Numbered from the stretch's first letter, positions 1 through 9,956 are shown. The stretch is DNA of 64,000 nt from Candidatus Marinacidobacterium sp. (GCA_965204755.1 OZ242011.1:3776001-3840000); one strand, 5' to 3'. Made by a program: numbers and translations. The notes: generated from the letters alone by a model not told the origin.

Positions 1-1119
1 CCCTGCGTGACCGGTGTTCGCGGCCTCCTGCGTCACCTGCGCATCGGGGCCCCGATCGTGGTGGACGGTTTCGAAGGGATCGTCGTCGTCGGCCCCACGC
101 GGGACACGCTGCTCGACTACCGGAGGCGCCGGGTGCGCGTCCGGGAGCGCCGCCGCCGCCTGCGCGCAGCCGCCGCCGGCCGCGCGGCGACGGCGGACGG
201 CAAGGAGATCGCGGTGATGGCGAACCTGGACGAGCCCGGGGAACTCGACCTCGTCCGGCGGAACGGCGCCGACGGGGTGGGGCTCTTCCGAACCGAAGGG
301 CTCGCGGCGCGGGAGATTCCGGACGAAGAGGAGCAGTTCCGGATCTACCGCGGCCTGGCGGAGGCGCTTCGGCCCGACCCGTTGGTGATTCGCGCCTTCG
401 ACCTGGACGCCACCAGGATCGGGCGGGCCCCCGAGCCGAATCCGGCGCTCGGGTTGCGCGGCATGCGGCTCCTGGCCCAGGCCTCGACGATTTTCGAGAC
501 CCAGATCCGGGCGGTCCTCCGCGCCGCCTGCTTCGGCGATGTCCGGTTCCTGTTCCCGATGGTGGGCGGGCTGGAGGAATACCGGGCGGCGAGGACCCAT
601 GTGAACGCCGCGCAGCGCGCCCTCCGCCACCGGCGGGCGGAGTTTCGACCGGCGCCGCTCGGCGCGATGCTGGAGGTGCCCTCGGCGGCGGCCACGGCGG
701 ACCACTTGGCCGAAGAGGCGGAGTTCCTGAGCGTGGGGACGAACGACCTGCTGCAGTACCTCTTCGGCGCCGACCGGGCGAACGAGCGGGTGGCGGGAGT
801 GGGCGACGCCCTCCATCCGGCGCTGCTCCGCGCGATTCGATTCACCGCCCGCATGGCGGCCCGGAAGAAAACGCCGCTGACGGTGTGCGGCGAAATGGCG
901 GCGGACCCGCTGGCCATCCCGCTGTTGATCGGGTTCGGGGTCCGCTCCTTCTCGCTGACGCCTCACGCCGTTCCCGAAGCGAAGCGGATCGTCTCCGGGA
1001 TCCACACCGGGGAGGCGGCCGAACTCGCCCGCGCCAGCGTGCGCCTCACCACCGCCCGCCGGGTCCGCGCCCGCCTGCTGCGCCGAGCGGCCGGGGGGGC
1101 TTCGGCCGGTTCGAACTGA
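1..1119 (+). CDS. ptsI: Phosphoenolpyruvate-protein phosphotransferase (PTS enzyme I), C-terminal part; 5' end lies outside the window
   Basis: Motifs GADGVGLFRTE, EPNPALGLRG, GAMLEVPSAA, SVGTNDLLQY and VCGEMAADP; the frame is open to position 1. Confidence 0.9.
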   Translation, partial: PCVTGVRGLLRHLRIGAPIVVDGFEGIVVVGPTRDTLLDYRRRRVRVRERRRRLRAAAAGRAATADGKEIAVMANLDEPGELDLVRRNGADGVGLFRTEGLAAREIPDEEEQFRIYRGLAEALRPDPLVIRAFDLDATRIGRAPEPNPALGLRGMRLLAQASTIFETQIRAVLRAACFGDVRFLFPMVGGLEEYRAARTHVNAAQRALRHRRAEFRPAPLGAMLEVPSAAATADHLAEEAEFLSVGTNDLLQYLFGADRANERVAGVGDALHPALLRAIRFTARMAARKKTPLTVCGEMAADPLAIPLLIGFGVRSFSLTPHAVPEAKRIVSGIHTGEAAELARASVRLTTARRVRARLLRRAAGGASAGSN

Positions 1120-1195
1120 ACGGACGGACAGCGGCGCCGCGAGGGGGAAGCGTCGGAGGGATCTCGCTCTTCGGTGATCGAGGCGTCAACGGGAG

Positions 1196-4100
1196 TTACC
1201 GCCAACTGCGGGGTTCCTGGGCGCCCCGGATCTCCGGGAACGGCGTCCGGGTCGAGACTCCCGGTTCGAACAGGGCCTCCACGACCAAGTGGGCGGCGCC
1301 CCGTTCCGCTTCGATGCGGCCGGCGGCGCCGAGGAAAGTGCGCGTGCGGGCGAGCCGCCGGTTGCGTCGGAAGACATCGGCCCAGAGGATCAGGTTCACG
1401 AATCCGGTCTCGTCCTCGAGCGTCATGAAGACCACGCCGGAAGCCGTGCCCGGCCGTTGGCGGCAGATGACGATTCCGGCGTAGCGCGCTTCCGCGCCGC
1501 TCGGCAGCGCCGCCACTTCCTCCGCGGTGGGGAAGCCGGCGGCGGCGAGTCGGCTGCGGAGCGGCCGGAGCGGATGGCCGCGGGTGCTGTGGTGTTTCGT
1601 CCGGAGGTCCCAGACGATGGACTCGAAGTCGTCCGGGGAAGGAAGCGGCGGGGACGACTCCCGAAGCAGCGGCCGGCCCGGGGCGGCGCCGGCCGGGTTT
1701 CGGCCGAGCGCTTGCCAGATCGCCTCCCGGCGGTTCGCCGGGCCGAGCCGGTGGAACGCGTCGGCCTCGGCGAGCGCCAGGAGCGCCTTTCGCCGGAGAC
1801 CGGTGCGGCGGGCGAAAGCGGCGACCGAGCCGAAGGGGGCTTCGCCCCGGGCGGCGGTGACCCGTTCGCCATCGGCCTCGCCGAGCCCCTTCACATACCG
1901 GAGCCCCATGCGCACCGCCGGGTCGGGAACCGCCGGGTCGGCGTTCGCATCCAGGGAGCAGTCCCACTCGCTTTCCGCCACATCCACCGGGAGGAATCGG
2001 ACGCCCCGGCGCTTGGCGTCTTCGACGATGGTCGAAGGCGGGTAGAAGCCCATCGGCTGGGCGTTCAGCAGGGCGCAGGCGAACTCCGCCGGGTAGTGGC
2101 AGAGGAGGTACGCGCCGGCATAAGCGATCAGGGCGAAACTGGCGGCGTGGCTCTCCGGGAAGCCGTATTCGCCGAAGCCCCGAATCTGCTCGAACACCCG
2201 CTCGGCGAACTCCCGGTCTATCCCCTTCGCCTGCATCCGGGAGATGAGCCGCGCCCGGTGGCGGTCCATCTGCCCGGTGCGGCGAAAGGCGCCCATGTCG
2301 CGGCGCAATCGGTCGGCTTCCCCCGGGGTGTAGTCGGCGGCCACGATCGCAAGGCGCATCACCTGCTCCTGGAAGAGCGGGATGCCCAGGGTCTTCTCCA
2401 GCACCGGACGAAGCGAGGGATGGGGGTAGTGGATGGGCTCTTCGCCGTTCCGGCGGCGCAGGTAGGGGTGGACCATTCCTCCGGCGATCGGGCCGGGGCG
2501 AACGATGCTCACCTCCACCACCAGGTCGTAGTAGTTGCGGGGGGCGAGCCGCGGCAGCATGGCCATCTGCGCCCGGCTTTCGATCTGGAACACGCCGACG
2601 GTCTCCGCGCGCCGGATCATGGCGAAGGTCTCGGAGTCGTTCGGCGGGAGGTCGGACAGGGAGAGGTCGAGGCCCCTCGACTCCCGGAGGCTTCGGAAAC
2701 ACCGGTCGAGTTGGGTCAGGGCGCCGAGGCCGAGCAGGTCCACCTTGAAGATGCCCAGTTCCTCCAGGTCGTCCTTGTTCCACTGGATGACGGTGCGTCC
2801 TTCCATCGCGGCGTTCTCCACCGGCGACAGCCGACTGATCTCCTCGGCGCCCAGCACGAACCCGCCGGGGTGGATGGAGAGGTGGCGGGGAAACCCCCGG
2901 AGTTCGTCCACCAGTCGGATCAGGTGGCGGACCGCCGGGACTTCCGGCTTCCAGCCGGCGGAGCGCAAGCGGTCTTCGTCCACCTCCTCCCGGTGGGAAA
3001 AGGCGCGGGCCAGGCGGTCGAGCGGCCGCTCGGAAAAACCGAGCGCTTTCCCGACTTCGCGGATCGCCGAGCGCGCGCGGTAACGGACGGTGTTCGCCAC
3101 CATCGCGGCGCGCTCTTCGCCGTACTTCCGGTACGCGAACCGGATGACCTCTTCCCGGCGGGAGTGCATGATGTCGAGGTCGATGTCCGGCGGGGAGGCT
3201 CGCTCCGCCGAGAGGAATCTCTCGAACAGGAGCCCGAGCCGCACCGGGTCCACCGCGGTGATCCCGAGGCAATAACAGACCGCCGAGTTCGCCGCCGATC
3301 CTCGCCCCTGACAGAGGATCTGCCGTTCGCGGCAGAAACTCACGATCTCGTGCATCGTGAGGAAGTACCCGCCGTAATCGAGTTCCCCGATGACGGCGAG
3401 TTCGATTTCGAGTTGCCGGCGCACTTCCTCGGGGACGCCTTCCGGATAGCGGCGCCGGGCGCCGGCGAAAGTCAGTTGCCGCAGCCGACTCGAAGAATCG
3501 GCTCCGTCGGGGAGGTCGGGTTCGGGGTAGCGGTAACGGATCCGGTCGAGGGAGAACCGGCAGTCCTCCGCGATCTCCAGGGTGCGGGCGGCGGGTTCCG
3601 GGGAGTCGGCGAAGAGGGCCGCGAAGTCGGCCGGGGACCTCAGGAAGTGCTCGCCGTTCGGCCGCAGCCGGCGGCCGGCCCGGTCGAGGGTGACCCCGTG
3701 GCGGATGGCGGTGAGCACATCCTGCAACCGGCGTCGTTCGGGCCGGTGGTAGAGCACTTCGGTGGCGGCGGCCAACGGGACCCGGTACCGGGCGGCGCGC
3801 TCCCGCAGCCGGGCTTCGCGCGGCCGGTCGCTGTCCCGCCGGTGACGGGTCAGCAGGAAGTGGAGGCGGGGGCCGAAAGACTCCCGGAGAAGTTCCGCTT
3901 CGCGGTCGGGGGGCGGATCCCGCAGGAGGGAGGAGTCGCCGCCGCCCCAGAGGGCGTGGAGCCCCTCGGCCGAGGCGGCGATCTCGGCGAAGGAGACGCC
4001 TCCGGCGCCTTTTCGGGAACGGGGAGGGGGCTTCCTTCCCGAATCCGCGGAGGGAATCGCCGCCGGCCCCCGCCGCCGGCTGCGGGTGAGGAGGCTGCAG

Positions 4101-4651
4101 AGGTTCCGGTAACCGGTCTCGTCCGCGGCGAGCAGGAGCAGGTGGTCGCGCACCCGGCGCCGTTCTCGTCCGTTTGCCTTTCGGGTTGCCGGGTAGCCGG
4201 CCTCCTTCTCGGAGACCGAGACCTCGGCGCCGACGACCAGGCGGACTCCGAGTTCCCGGGCCCGGGAGTGCGCCCGGACCATTCCATGGACGCCGTCCCG
4301 GTCGGTCAGCGCGATTCCGGGCAGTCCGAGAGCGCGCGCCTCGGCGACCAGTTCCTCCGGGTGGCTGGCGCCGGTCAGGAAGGAGAAGTTGCTCCGGCAC
4401 CAGAGGGGGAAGTAGGACGAGGAACTCGAACCGCGCGCCGCCGGTCGCTCCCCGCTCGGGCCCGGCGACCGGGCGCGCTTTCCGAGAGGGGCTTCCCGGC
4501 CTCCCGGTGCGTTCGGCCCGACTATTCGACGCGCCCTTCGAGGAACCAGGAGTCCCGCTCCCGGTCGAAGAAGATCCAGCAGACCTCTCCCCGTTCCAGC
4601 CGGACGAAGTAGTAGTCGCGGGTGATCGGCCGCCCGGAGAGCCGGCGCCAC
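1196..4651 (-). CDS. dnaE2: Error-prone DNA polymerase III alpha (DnaE2/ImuC); start uncertain
   Basis: PHP start SNFSFLTGASHPEEL, QGRGSAANS, PPDIDLD, FPRHLSIHPGG, GFPESHAASFA and C-terminal OB motif RQRPGTASGVVFMTLEDETG; lies downstream of imuA/imuB. Confidence 0.93.
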   Translation of the reverse strand: MAPALRAADHPRLLLRPAGTGRGLLDLLRPGAGLLVPRRARRIVGPNAPGGREAPLGKRARSPGPSGERPAARGSSSSSYFPLWCRSNFSFLTGASHPEELVAEARALGLPGIALTDRDGVHGMVRAHSRARELGVRLVVGAEVSVSEKEAGYPATRKANGRERRRVRDHLLLLAADETGYRNLCSLLTRSRRRGPAAIPSADSGRKPPPRSRKGAGGVSFAEIAASAEGLHALWGGGDSSLLRDPPPDREAELLRESFGPRLHFLLTRHRRDSDRPREARLRERAARYRVPLAAATEVLYHRPERRRLQDVLTAIRHGVTLDRAGRRLRPNGEHFLRSPADFAALFADSPEPAARTLEIAEDCRFSLDRIRYRYPEPDLPDGADSSSRLRQLTFAGARRRYPEGVPEEVRRQLEIELAVIGELDYGGYFLTMHEIVSFCRERQILCQGRGSAANSAVCYCLGITAVDPVRLGLLFERFLSAERASPPDIDLDIMHSRREEVIRFAYRKYGEERAAMVANTVRYRARSAIREVGKALGFSERPLDRLARAFSHREEVDEDRLRSAGWKPEVPAVRHLIRLVDELRGFPRHLSIHPGGFVLGAEEISRLSPVENAAMEGRTVIQWNKDDLEELGIFKVDLLGLGALTQLDRCFRSLRESRGLDLSLSDLPPNDSETFAMIRRAETVGVFQIESRAQMAMLPRLAPRNYYDLVVEVSIVRPGPIAGGMVHPYLRRRNGEEPIHYPHPSLRPVLEKTLGIPLFQEQVMRLAIVAADYTPGEADRLRRDMGAFRRTGQMDRHRARLISRMQAKGIDREFAERVFEQIRGFGEYGFPESHAASFALIAYAGAYLLCHYPAEFACALLNAQPMGFYPPSTIVEDAKRRGVRFLPVDVAESEWDCSLDANADPAVPDPAVRMGLRYVKGLGEADGERVTAARGEAPFGSVAAFARRTGLRRKALLALAEADAFHRLGPANRREAIWQALGRNPAGAAPGRPLLRESSPPLPSPDDFESIVWDLRTKHHSTRGHPLRPLRSRLAAAGFPTAEEVAALPSGAEARYAGIVICRQRPGTASGVVFMTLEDETGFVNLILWADVFRRNRRLARTRTFLGAAGRIEAERGAAHLVVEALFEPGVSTRTPFPEIRGAQEPRSWR

Positions 4652-6225
4652 CAGCCGCCGGAAACCCGGTACGGCCCGGCGCAACCGCGGACCGACCCCC
4701 GTTCCAAGGCCCGCCGCAGCCAGTCCCGGGTTTCGGGGCCGCTCGGACCGGGCAGGGGGAGCGGGCGGTCGTAGATCCTCCGGACGAGCGCTCCCGGTTT
4801 CGACTTCGAAACGGGTTCCTGGCAGGGAACGGACTCCGGGCGAACGGGAAAGCGGAAGTTCCCGGGAGGGTCGGCGGAGGCGTCGGGCCGAGTGCCGGGC
4901 AGGGCAGGGGGTGTTTCGATCGCTTCCGTCGGTCCGACCGGCGCGAAGCGGAAACTGGCGCCGGGGAGGTGGGCGCTGCGCGATTCGATCCGCACCAGCG
5001 CGTCCTCCCCGAATTCGGCGCGGAGGGAAGCGAGCGCCTCCGCCGCCGGCTTGCGGTTCCGCCTCACCGCTTCCCGGCCGCTCCGGCCTTCCGGAACGGG
5101 CTTCCGGAGCCCCGGTCGGACGGAGGGATCCTCGAACAGGTTCTGCGGTTCGGACATCTGGAGACCGGCGCGGGCCGAGAGGACCAAGTCGGTCACTCCC
5201 GACGCCTCCCCGGAGCAGGTTTCGGTTCCGATCCGGAGCCGCAGCAGGGAGAGCAGCCGCAAGCCGTCCACCGAAGGGCCGGTCGGAGTCACGGAAGCGG
5301 CGGCGATCCGTCCGTCTTCGCGCCGCAGTTCGTAGGAGAGTTCGAGGACGGCGAGCCCTTCCCGGGTCAGTTCGTCGAGGATCTCGTCCAGCAGGCGCTT
5401 CGCCCGGAACACCAGCCGCTCGTGGCTCGACTCCGGCGGATCGAAAGAGGCCCGGCGCTCCACCGGCGGGTCGGGCCGAAAGACTCGGGCGGCCCGGATT
5501 TCGACTTCCCCGGAAGCGAGGCGGTGCAGGCGGTGAGCCGCTTCGCCGTACCGGTTGCCGAGTCCCCGGCCGGAGAGGCGGAGCAGGTCCTCGAGGCGGC
5601 GGACTCCGAGTTTTTCCAAGTCGGCGAGCAAGGCGTCGGGGAGTCCGAATCGCACCAGCGGCGCCCGGCCGGCGGCCCGTTTCTCCTCGGCGGGAGTTCC
5701 GAAGACCTGTTCACCGAACAGCGCCCGAGCCGCCGCGAAGGCGCCGAAGCGGGAGAAACCGACCGCCGCCGAAGAGCGGAAGCCGATCTGTTCCAAGTCG
5801 CTCCGCAGGGCTCCGACCCAGTCGGAGGGGGCGCCGAACATCGTGGAAAGCCCGGAGGCCCGAAGCCAGAAGGCGCCGACGGCGCCGAACCCGGCGAGCG
5901 AAGGGCGGACCTCCGCCGCGGACTCGACCTGCGGGCTCCAGCGGTAGAGGCGCTCGGCCAGCCGGGCGACCGCCGCCCGGATCTCGGAATCCGTGATCCG
6001 GCCGACCCGGAGGTCGGGGCAGCCGGCGGCGGCCGCCGCCGGACGCATCCCCGGACGGACCCCCTGCCGCGCCGCTTCGCGGTTCACCCAGACGATCGGC
6101 TCCCGGGTTTCGTCGCCGGAAACGACCGCCGCCGGCGCGTCCCGCCAATCGGGATAACGCCGGAGCAGCAGTTGCAGCGGCAGCGCCGGCACATCAACAC
6201 ATGCCAGACATGCCTGCGGGGACAT
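4522..6225 (-). CDS. imuB: ImuB, inactive Y-family polymerase-like protein
   Basis: N-terminal ACVDVPALPLQ and VNREAARQGVRPGM; C-terminal GPYRVSGGWW...RDYYFV...WIFFD...WFLEG; lies between imuA and dnaE2. Confidence 0.85.
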   Translation of the reverse strand: MSPQACLACVDVPALPLQLLLRRYPDWRDAPAAVVSGDETREPIVWVNREAARQGVRPGMRPAAAAAGCPDLRVGRITDSEIRAAVARLAERLYRWSPQVESAAEVRPSLAGFGAVGAFWLRASGLSTMFGAPSDWVGALRSDLEQIGFRSSAAVGFSRFGAFAAARALFGEQVFGTPAEEKRAAGRAPLVRFGLPDALLADLEKLGVRRLEDLLRLSGRGLGNRYGEAAHRLHRLASGEVEIRAARVFRPDPPVERRASFDPPESSHERLVFRAKRLLDEILDELTREGLAVLELSYELRREDGRIAAASVTPTGPSVDGLRLLSLLRLRIGTETCSGEASGVTDLVLSARAGLQMSEPQNLFEDPSVRPGLRKPVPEGRSGREAVRRNRKPAAEALASLRAEFGEDALVRIESRSAHLPGASFRFAPVGPTEAIETPPALPGTRPDASADPPGNFRFPVRPESVPCQEPVSKSKPGALVRRIYDRPLPLPGPSGPETRDWLRRALERGSVRGCAGPYRVSGGWWRRLSGRPITRDYYFVRLERGEVCWIFFDRERDSWFLEGRVE

Positions 6226-7081
6226 CGCATTCCTCCGAAAACCGGAAGCCCGGGGGGAAAGGGGAGCGGGAGAGCGGGCCTTCGCCGGATCTCTTGTCCT
6301 TGAGCACGGTGAGGGTGATCCCGTCTTCGCCGTGGCCGGCGTCGTAACGGCCGAGCACCCAGGGGTCGAGCGAGGGGGCGGACGGGGGTTTCTCCGTCAG
6401 GGCGACCACCGCGCTCCGGTAGCGCCGCGCCAACCCGGCCAGCCGGGTCAGCGGGGGAACTCTCGGCGTGGAGGCGCCCCTTCCCGCCGGGAGAGGTCGG
6501 GATGACGACAGGAAGGAGGAGGGGAAGGGGGCGGAAGCGGACTCGGCCAAGTCCAGCACGATGAGCCCGAAAGCCCCCGACCGGGCGAGCGTCGCGGCGG
6601 CGCGGACCTGCTCGGAAGCCGAGGCCAGGCGGAGAAGCGCCAACCGCTCCGGCGAGGCGCCCGCGCGGACGGCGTCGGGGGGGAAGAACGAACTCCCGGT
6701 CGTCCCCACCCAGGCGGCGAGGCCGTAACGGGCTTCGTCCCGCTGCGCTTCGGCGACGAGCCCGAGGGCGCAGGAGAGGATCCCGGTGGCGCCGATCCCG
6801 GAGACCTCGGTGAGCCGCCCGAGGAGCAGCGGCAGCCCCCAATCCCCGGCCTCCTCCGCCGCCCGCTCCTCCCGCTGCAGCGGAAAGCGGAAGGGGATCG
6901 GCTGGCCGTAAGTCCCTTCGCCGAGTTCGGGGAGGGCGGGAACAGCGGCGGCCCGGTTCGAAGCGGGTTCGGGGAGGGCCGGTTCGGGGAAGTTCGATGC
7001 GCCCGGGGCGCCCGGACCGAAAGACGGGGCGGGAAAGCGGGCCGGTTCCGGGGGGGGAAGAGGATGGGTGATCGGGTGCAT
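6194..7081 (-). CDS. imuA: ImuA, RecA-like accessory protein
   Basis: GRLTEVSG, FFPPDAVRAG, LARSGAFGLIVLDL; cassette position. Confidence 0.75.
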   Translation of the reverse strand: MHPITHPLPPPEPARFPAPSFGPGAPGASNFPEPALPEPASNRAAAVPALPELGEGTYGQPIPFRFPLQREERAAEEAGDWGLPLLLGRLTEVSGIGATGILSCALGLVAEAQRDEARYGLAAWVGTTGSSFFPPDAVRAGASPERLALLRLASASEQVRAAATLARSGAFGLIVLDLAESASAPFPSSFLSSSRPLPAGRGASTPRVPPLTRLAGLARRYRSAVVALTEKPPSAPSLDPWVLGRYDAGHGEDGITLTVLKDKRSGEGPLSRSPFPPGFRFSEECDVPAGMSGMC

Positions 7082-7195
7082 GCGGTCTTCTCGGTCGAAC
7101 GGGAGGGCAGCGGGGATTCGGTCGGGTTGCTTCGGGGAAGCGGGGGAGGGCGGTAGTTCGGGAGAGCGGTTCGGGAAAGGGGTTCCGGAAAGGGG

Positions 7196-7900
7196 TCAGG
7201 GCAGCCGCCGGCGCACTTCCACCACTTTGCCCAGGATGCGGCAACGGTCCGGGGGCGGGCGGAGGACCTCGAAGGCCGGGTTCTCCGGGCGGAGTTCGAG
7301 ACGGTTCCGGTCGAGGTGGAGCCGCTTCACCGTGGCTTCGTCCTCGACCAGCGCGACCACGATCTGGCCGGAAACCGCTTCGGTCCGGCGCTCCACGATG
7401 ACGAGGTCGCCTTCGAGGATGCCGGCGCCGGTCATGCTCTCGCCGCGCACCCGGAGCGCGAAGTAGTCCGACGGATCCCGGGAGTGGGGGATCTCCATCA
7501 GGAGGTCCCCGTCCGGGTTCTCCACGGCTTCTTCGAAACCTCCGGCGGCCACCTCGCCGAGCAGCGGAACCGGCGAGAAACCCCGGCGCCGCTCGAAGAG
7601 TTCCTCTTCCTCGGGCCCGGAGGGAGTGAACCGATGGTCGTCGAAGGAGATCGGCGGGGCGGCGGCGGCCCGGCTCGGGGTCCGGTCGGCGGGGAGGAGG
7701 TATCCGCGGGCGCGCCCCGGCTTCTTGAGCAGCCGCCCCTCGTCCACCAGCGCGGCGAGGTGGGAGCGGACGGTCTCGACGGCGCGGAACCCGAAGTGGT
7801 CGCGGATCTCGCGGAGGGAAGGGGAGTCGCCCCGGAGCAACCGCTTCTCGACGAAGCGGAAGATGCGGCCGCGGGTCTGGCCGGGAGGGGTCTTCGGCAT
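7196..7900 (-). CDS. lexA: LexA repressor
   Basis: wHTH PSLREI..HFGF, cleavage site VAAG, catalytic Ser in LRVRGESM and Lys in ATVKR. Confidence 0.93.
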   Translation of the reverse strand: MPKTPPGQTRGRIFRFVEKRLLRGDSPSLREIRDHFGFRAVETVRSHLAALVDEGRLLKKPGRARGYLLPADRTPSRAAAAPPISFDDHRFTPSGPEEEELFERRRGFSPVPLLGEVAAGGFEEAVENPDGDLLMEIPHSRDPSDYFALRVRGESMTGAGILEGDLVIVERRTEAVSGQIVVALVEDEATVKRLHLDRNRLELRPENPAFEVLRPPPDRCRILGKVVEVRRRLP

Positions 7901-7908
7901 GGACGGGG

Positions 7909-7937
7909 ACGATAACAGACATTTGTCTGTTTTTCAA
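7909..7937 (-). promoter_or_regulatory. Sigma70-type promoter of lexA with a palindromic operator in the spacer
   Basis: Minus strand reads TTGAAA-17 nt-TATCGT-8 nt-ATG; palindrome AACAGACA-N2-TGTCTGTT at 7914-7931. Confidence 0.7.
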
Positions 7938-8182
7938 GGCGCGCGATCCCGCGGCGGCTCTCGACCGCCCCGGCGGTCCTCGCGTTCCCTGCGAAGTCCC
8001 CTACGGAATTCGCGGCCGGCCGCCGCGCTGCCCGGGCGGCCTACGCCGTTTCTACCCGGACGCCGGCCCCCGGTTTCGGGTCCTCGCCGAAGGGGATGGA
8101 TCCCCAACCGCCAGGAAATCGCGCGGGGACTTCCGGTCTTCCGCTCGGGAAGGGGAGGGCGCGGCGCCCTCCCCGCCGGCCG

Positions 8183-8998
8183 CTAGAACGGGACCGGATC
8201 TTCCTCGTCGGAGGTGTCCACGCCGGAGACGCCGCCCCCGGCCCGGTCGCGCTCGCGCAGTTTCCGGTCGAGGCCCGGGTCGCCGCCGTAGGCGGAACCG
8301 CCCCGGGCGCCGGAGGAACCGGCGCCGCCCCCGCCGCCCCGGCCGCCGCTCGTGGACACCGACTGGGCGTAGGTCTCGGTGACGCGGCGCTCCACCCCGT
8401 TCTTGTCGGTGTACTTCCGGCCGCCCACCCGACCCTCCACCAGGACGCGGTGCCCCTTCTCGACCTTCCCCTCCAGCCGGCGGGCGAGGTCCTGGACGGC
8501 GGAGACCTGGTGCCACTCGGTCTCCTCCCCCTGCTCGCCGCTCCGCCGGTAGAAGGTCTCGCTCGTGGCGACCCGGATGTTCATCACCGAGAACCCCCGA
8601 TCCTCGAAGTGGCGCAGTTCCGGCTCGTTGCCCACATTGCCCAGGATGATCGAGCGGTTCATCTGCGGGTCCGCCGTCTCCGGCGTCCGCAGGAGGTCGG
8701 CGGCCACATCGGTCGCATAGACCTCGTGCCCGTCCCGGGTGTACTTCCGGGTGCGGAGGCGCCCCTCCACATACACGGGACTGTCGGAAGTGAGGTTCGA
8801 GGCGATCTCGGCGCTCTTCGCGCCCCGCACCGAGATGCGGTGCCAGGCGGGACGCTCCCGCATCGCGCCGCTGTCGTCGCTCTCCATGGTGACGGTCTTC
8901 ACCCCGAAGGTGACGAGTTTCCCGCCGTCCTCGAAGTTGCGCGTCGTCGGCGCGTCGGAGACCGTGCCGCGCAGCACGACCTTGCTGATGTCTCTCAT
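8183..8998 (-). CDS. ssb: Single-stranded DNA-binding protein with two tandem OB folds
   Basis: OB1 SKVVLRG...WHRI...VYVEGRLRTRKY; OB2 MNRSIILGNVG...TEWHQV...VLVEGRV; Gly-rich linker and acidic tail EEDPVPF. Confidence 0.88.
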   Translation of the reverse strand: MRDISKVVLRGTVSDAPTTRNFEDGGKLVTFGVKTVTMESDDSGAMRERPAWHRISVRGAKSAEIASNLTSDSPVYVEGRLRTRKYTRDGHEVYATDVAADLLRTPETADPQMNRSIILGNVGNEPELRHFEDRGFSVMNIRVATSETFYRRSGEQGEETEWHQVSAVQDLARRLEGKVEKGHRVLVEGRVGGRKYTDKNGVERRVTETYAQSVSTSGGRGGGGGAGSSGARGGSAYGGDPGLDRKLRERDRAGGGVSGVDTSDEEDPVPF

Positions 8999-9035
8999 CG
9001 GGTCTCTCCGGCGGGCGCGCTCGGCCGCCCGCCCT

Positions 9036-9956
9036 TCAGTCGCCGGGTTCTCGCGGAGTCAGCGACTCCAACTGCCTCCGGGCGGCGCGGGCCGCCGGAG
9101 TTCCGGCGTATATGTCCAGGATGTCTTCGAAAATGTCACGCGCATCGGATTCGTGTCCGAGGTGATGGAGGATGAAGCCCTTCTTGTACCAGGCCTCGCC
9201 GACCTTGTTGCTGTCGGGGAAATCGCGGATCACGATCTCGAACTGCTCGAGCGCCGGTTCGAGTTGCTCCACCGCGAGCAGCGCTTCGCCGATGCCGTAC
9301 CGGGCGTTGTCGGCGAGTTCGCCGCCCGCCGCCGCCACCCGCTCGAACCCGGCGACCGCGAGTTCGTAGCGGCCCTGCAGGTAGTCGGCCTGCGCTTCGA
9401 GATAGATCTCGGAGACGCTCGGTTCGTCGAGGACGACCGCCCCGGGGGCGGCCTCGTCCGCTTCGCCTTCGGCGTCCTCGTCCGGGGAGTCCGCCGGAGG
9501 CGGGCTGTCGGCGGGTTCCCCGCCGCCGTCCGAGGCCTCGCCGGACGCTTGGTCCGCCCCGTCGGCCGTCGCTCCGACCCTCGCCGCCCGGCGCTGCGCT
9601 TCGCGGACCGCCTCCACCTCGACCAGGAGCGCCGAGAGGCGGTCGTCGGCCTGGGCGAAGGACTCGCCGAGGGTCGAGACGCGCTGCTCCATCCGCTCGA
9701 GCGCGCTCGCGGTCTCGGCCCGGCTCCGCCGCTCGTCGGCGAGCGTTTCGCCGCGGTCGGCGAGCAGGGACTCCACCGCTTCGGCGAGGGAGTTCTGCGC
9801 GTCGGCCAAGGCGTTCAGTTGCGACTGGATCTGGCGGATCTCGGCCAGGATCCGGTCCTCTCCGCGCTGCGCGGCGGCCGCGGCCGGCAGCGCGAGGACA
9901 GCGGCGGCGACCGCGGCGAGCGGGAAGGGGCGGGGAGGCGCGGGCCGCGGGGTCAC
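9036..9956 (-). CDS. cpoB: Tol-Pal associated TPR protein CpoB/YbgF
   Basis: Signal peptide, coiled coil and TPRs (ADNARYGIGE, FPDSNKVGEAWYKKG); GTGA overlap with the pal stop. Confidence 0.8.
   Translation of the reverse strand: MTPRPAPPRPFPLAAVAAAVLALPAAAAAQRGEDRILAEIRQIQSQLNALADAQNSLAEAVESLLADRGETLADERRSRAETASALERMEQRVSTLGESFAQADDRLSALLVEVEAVREAQRRAARVGATADGADQASGEASDGGGEPADSPPPADSPDEDAEGEADEAAPGAVVLDEPSVSEIYLEAQADYLQGRYELAVAGFERVAAAGGELADNARYGIGEALLAVEQLEPALEQFEIVIRDFPDSNKVGEAWYKKGFILHHLGHESDARDIFEDILDIYAGTPAARAARRQLESLTPREPGD

Noticed and set aside
963-4612. Very long overlapping ORFs (963-4400 minus, 1289-4612 plus) and similar ones elsewhere (39118-41859, 46454-49441)
   Set aside because: Shadow frames of real genes in high-GC DNA; Arg/Pro/Gly-rich with no motifs.
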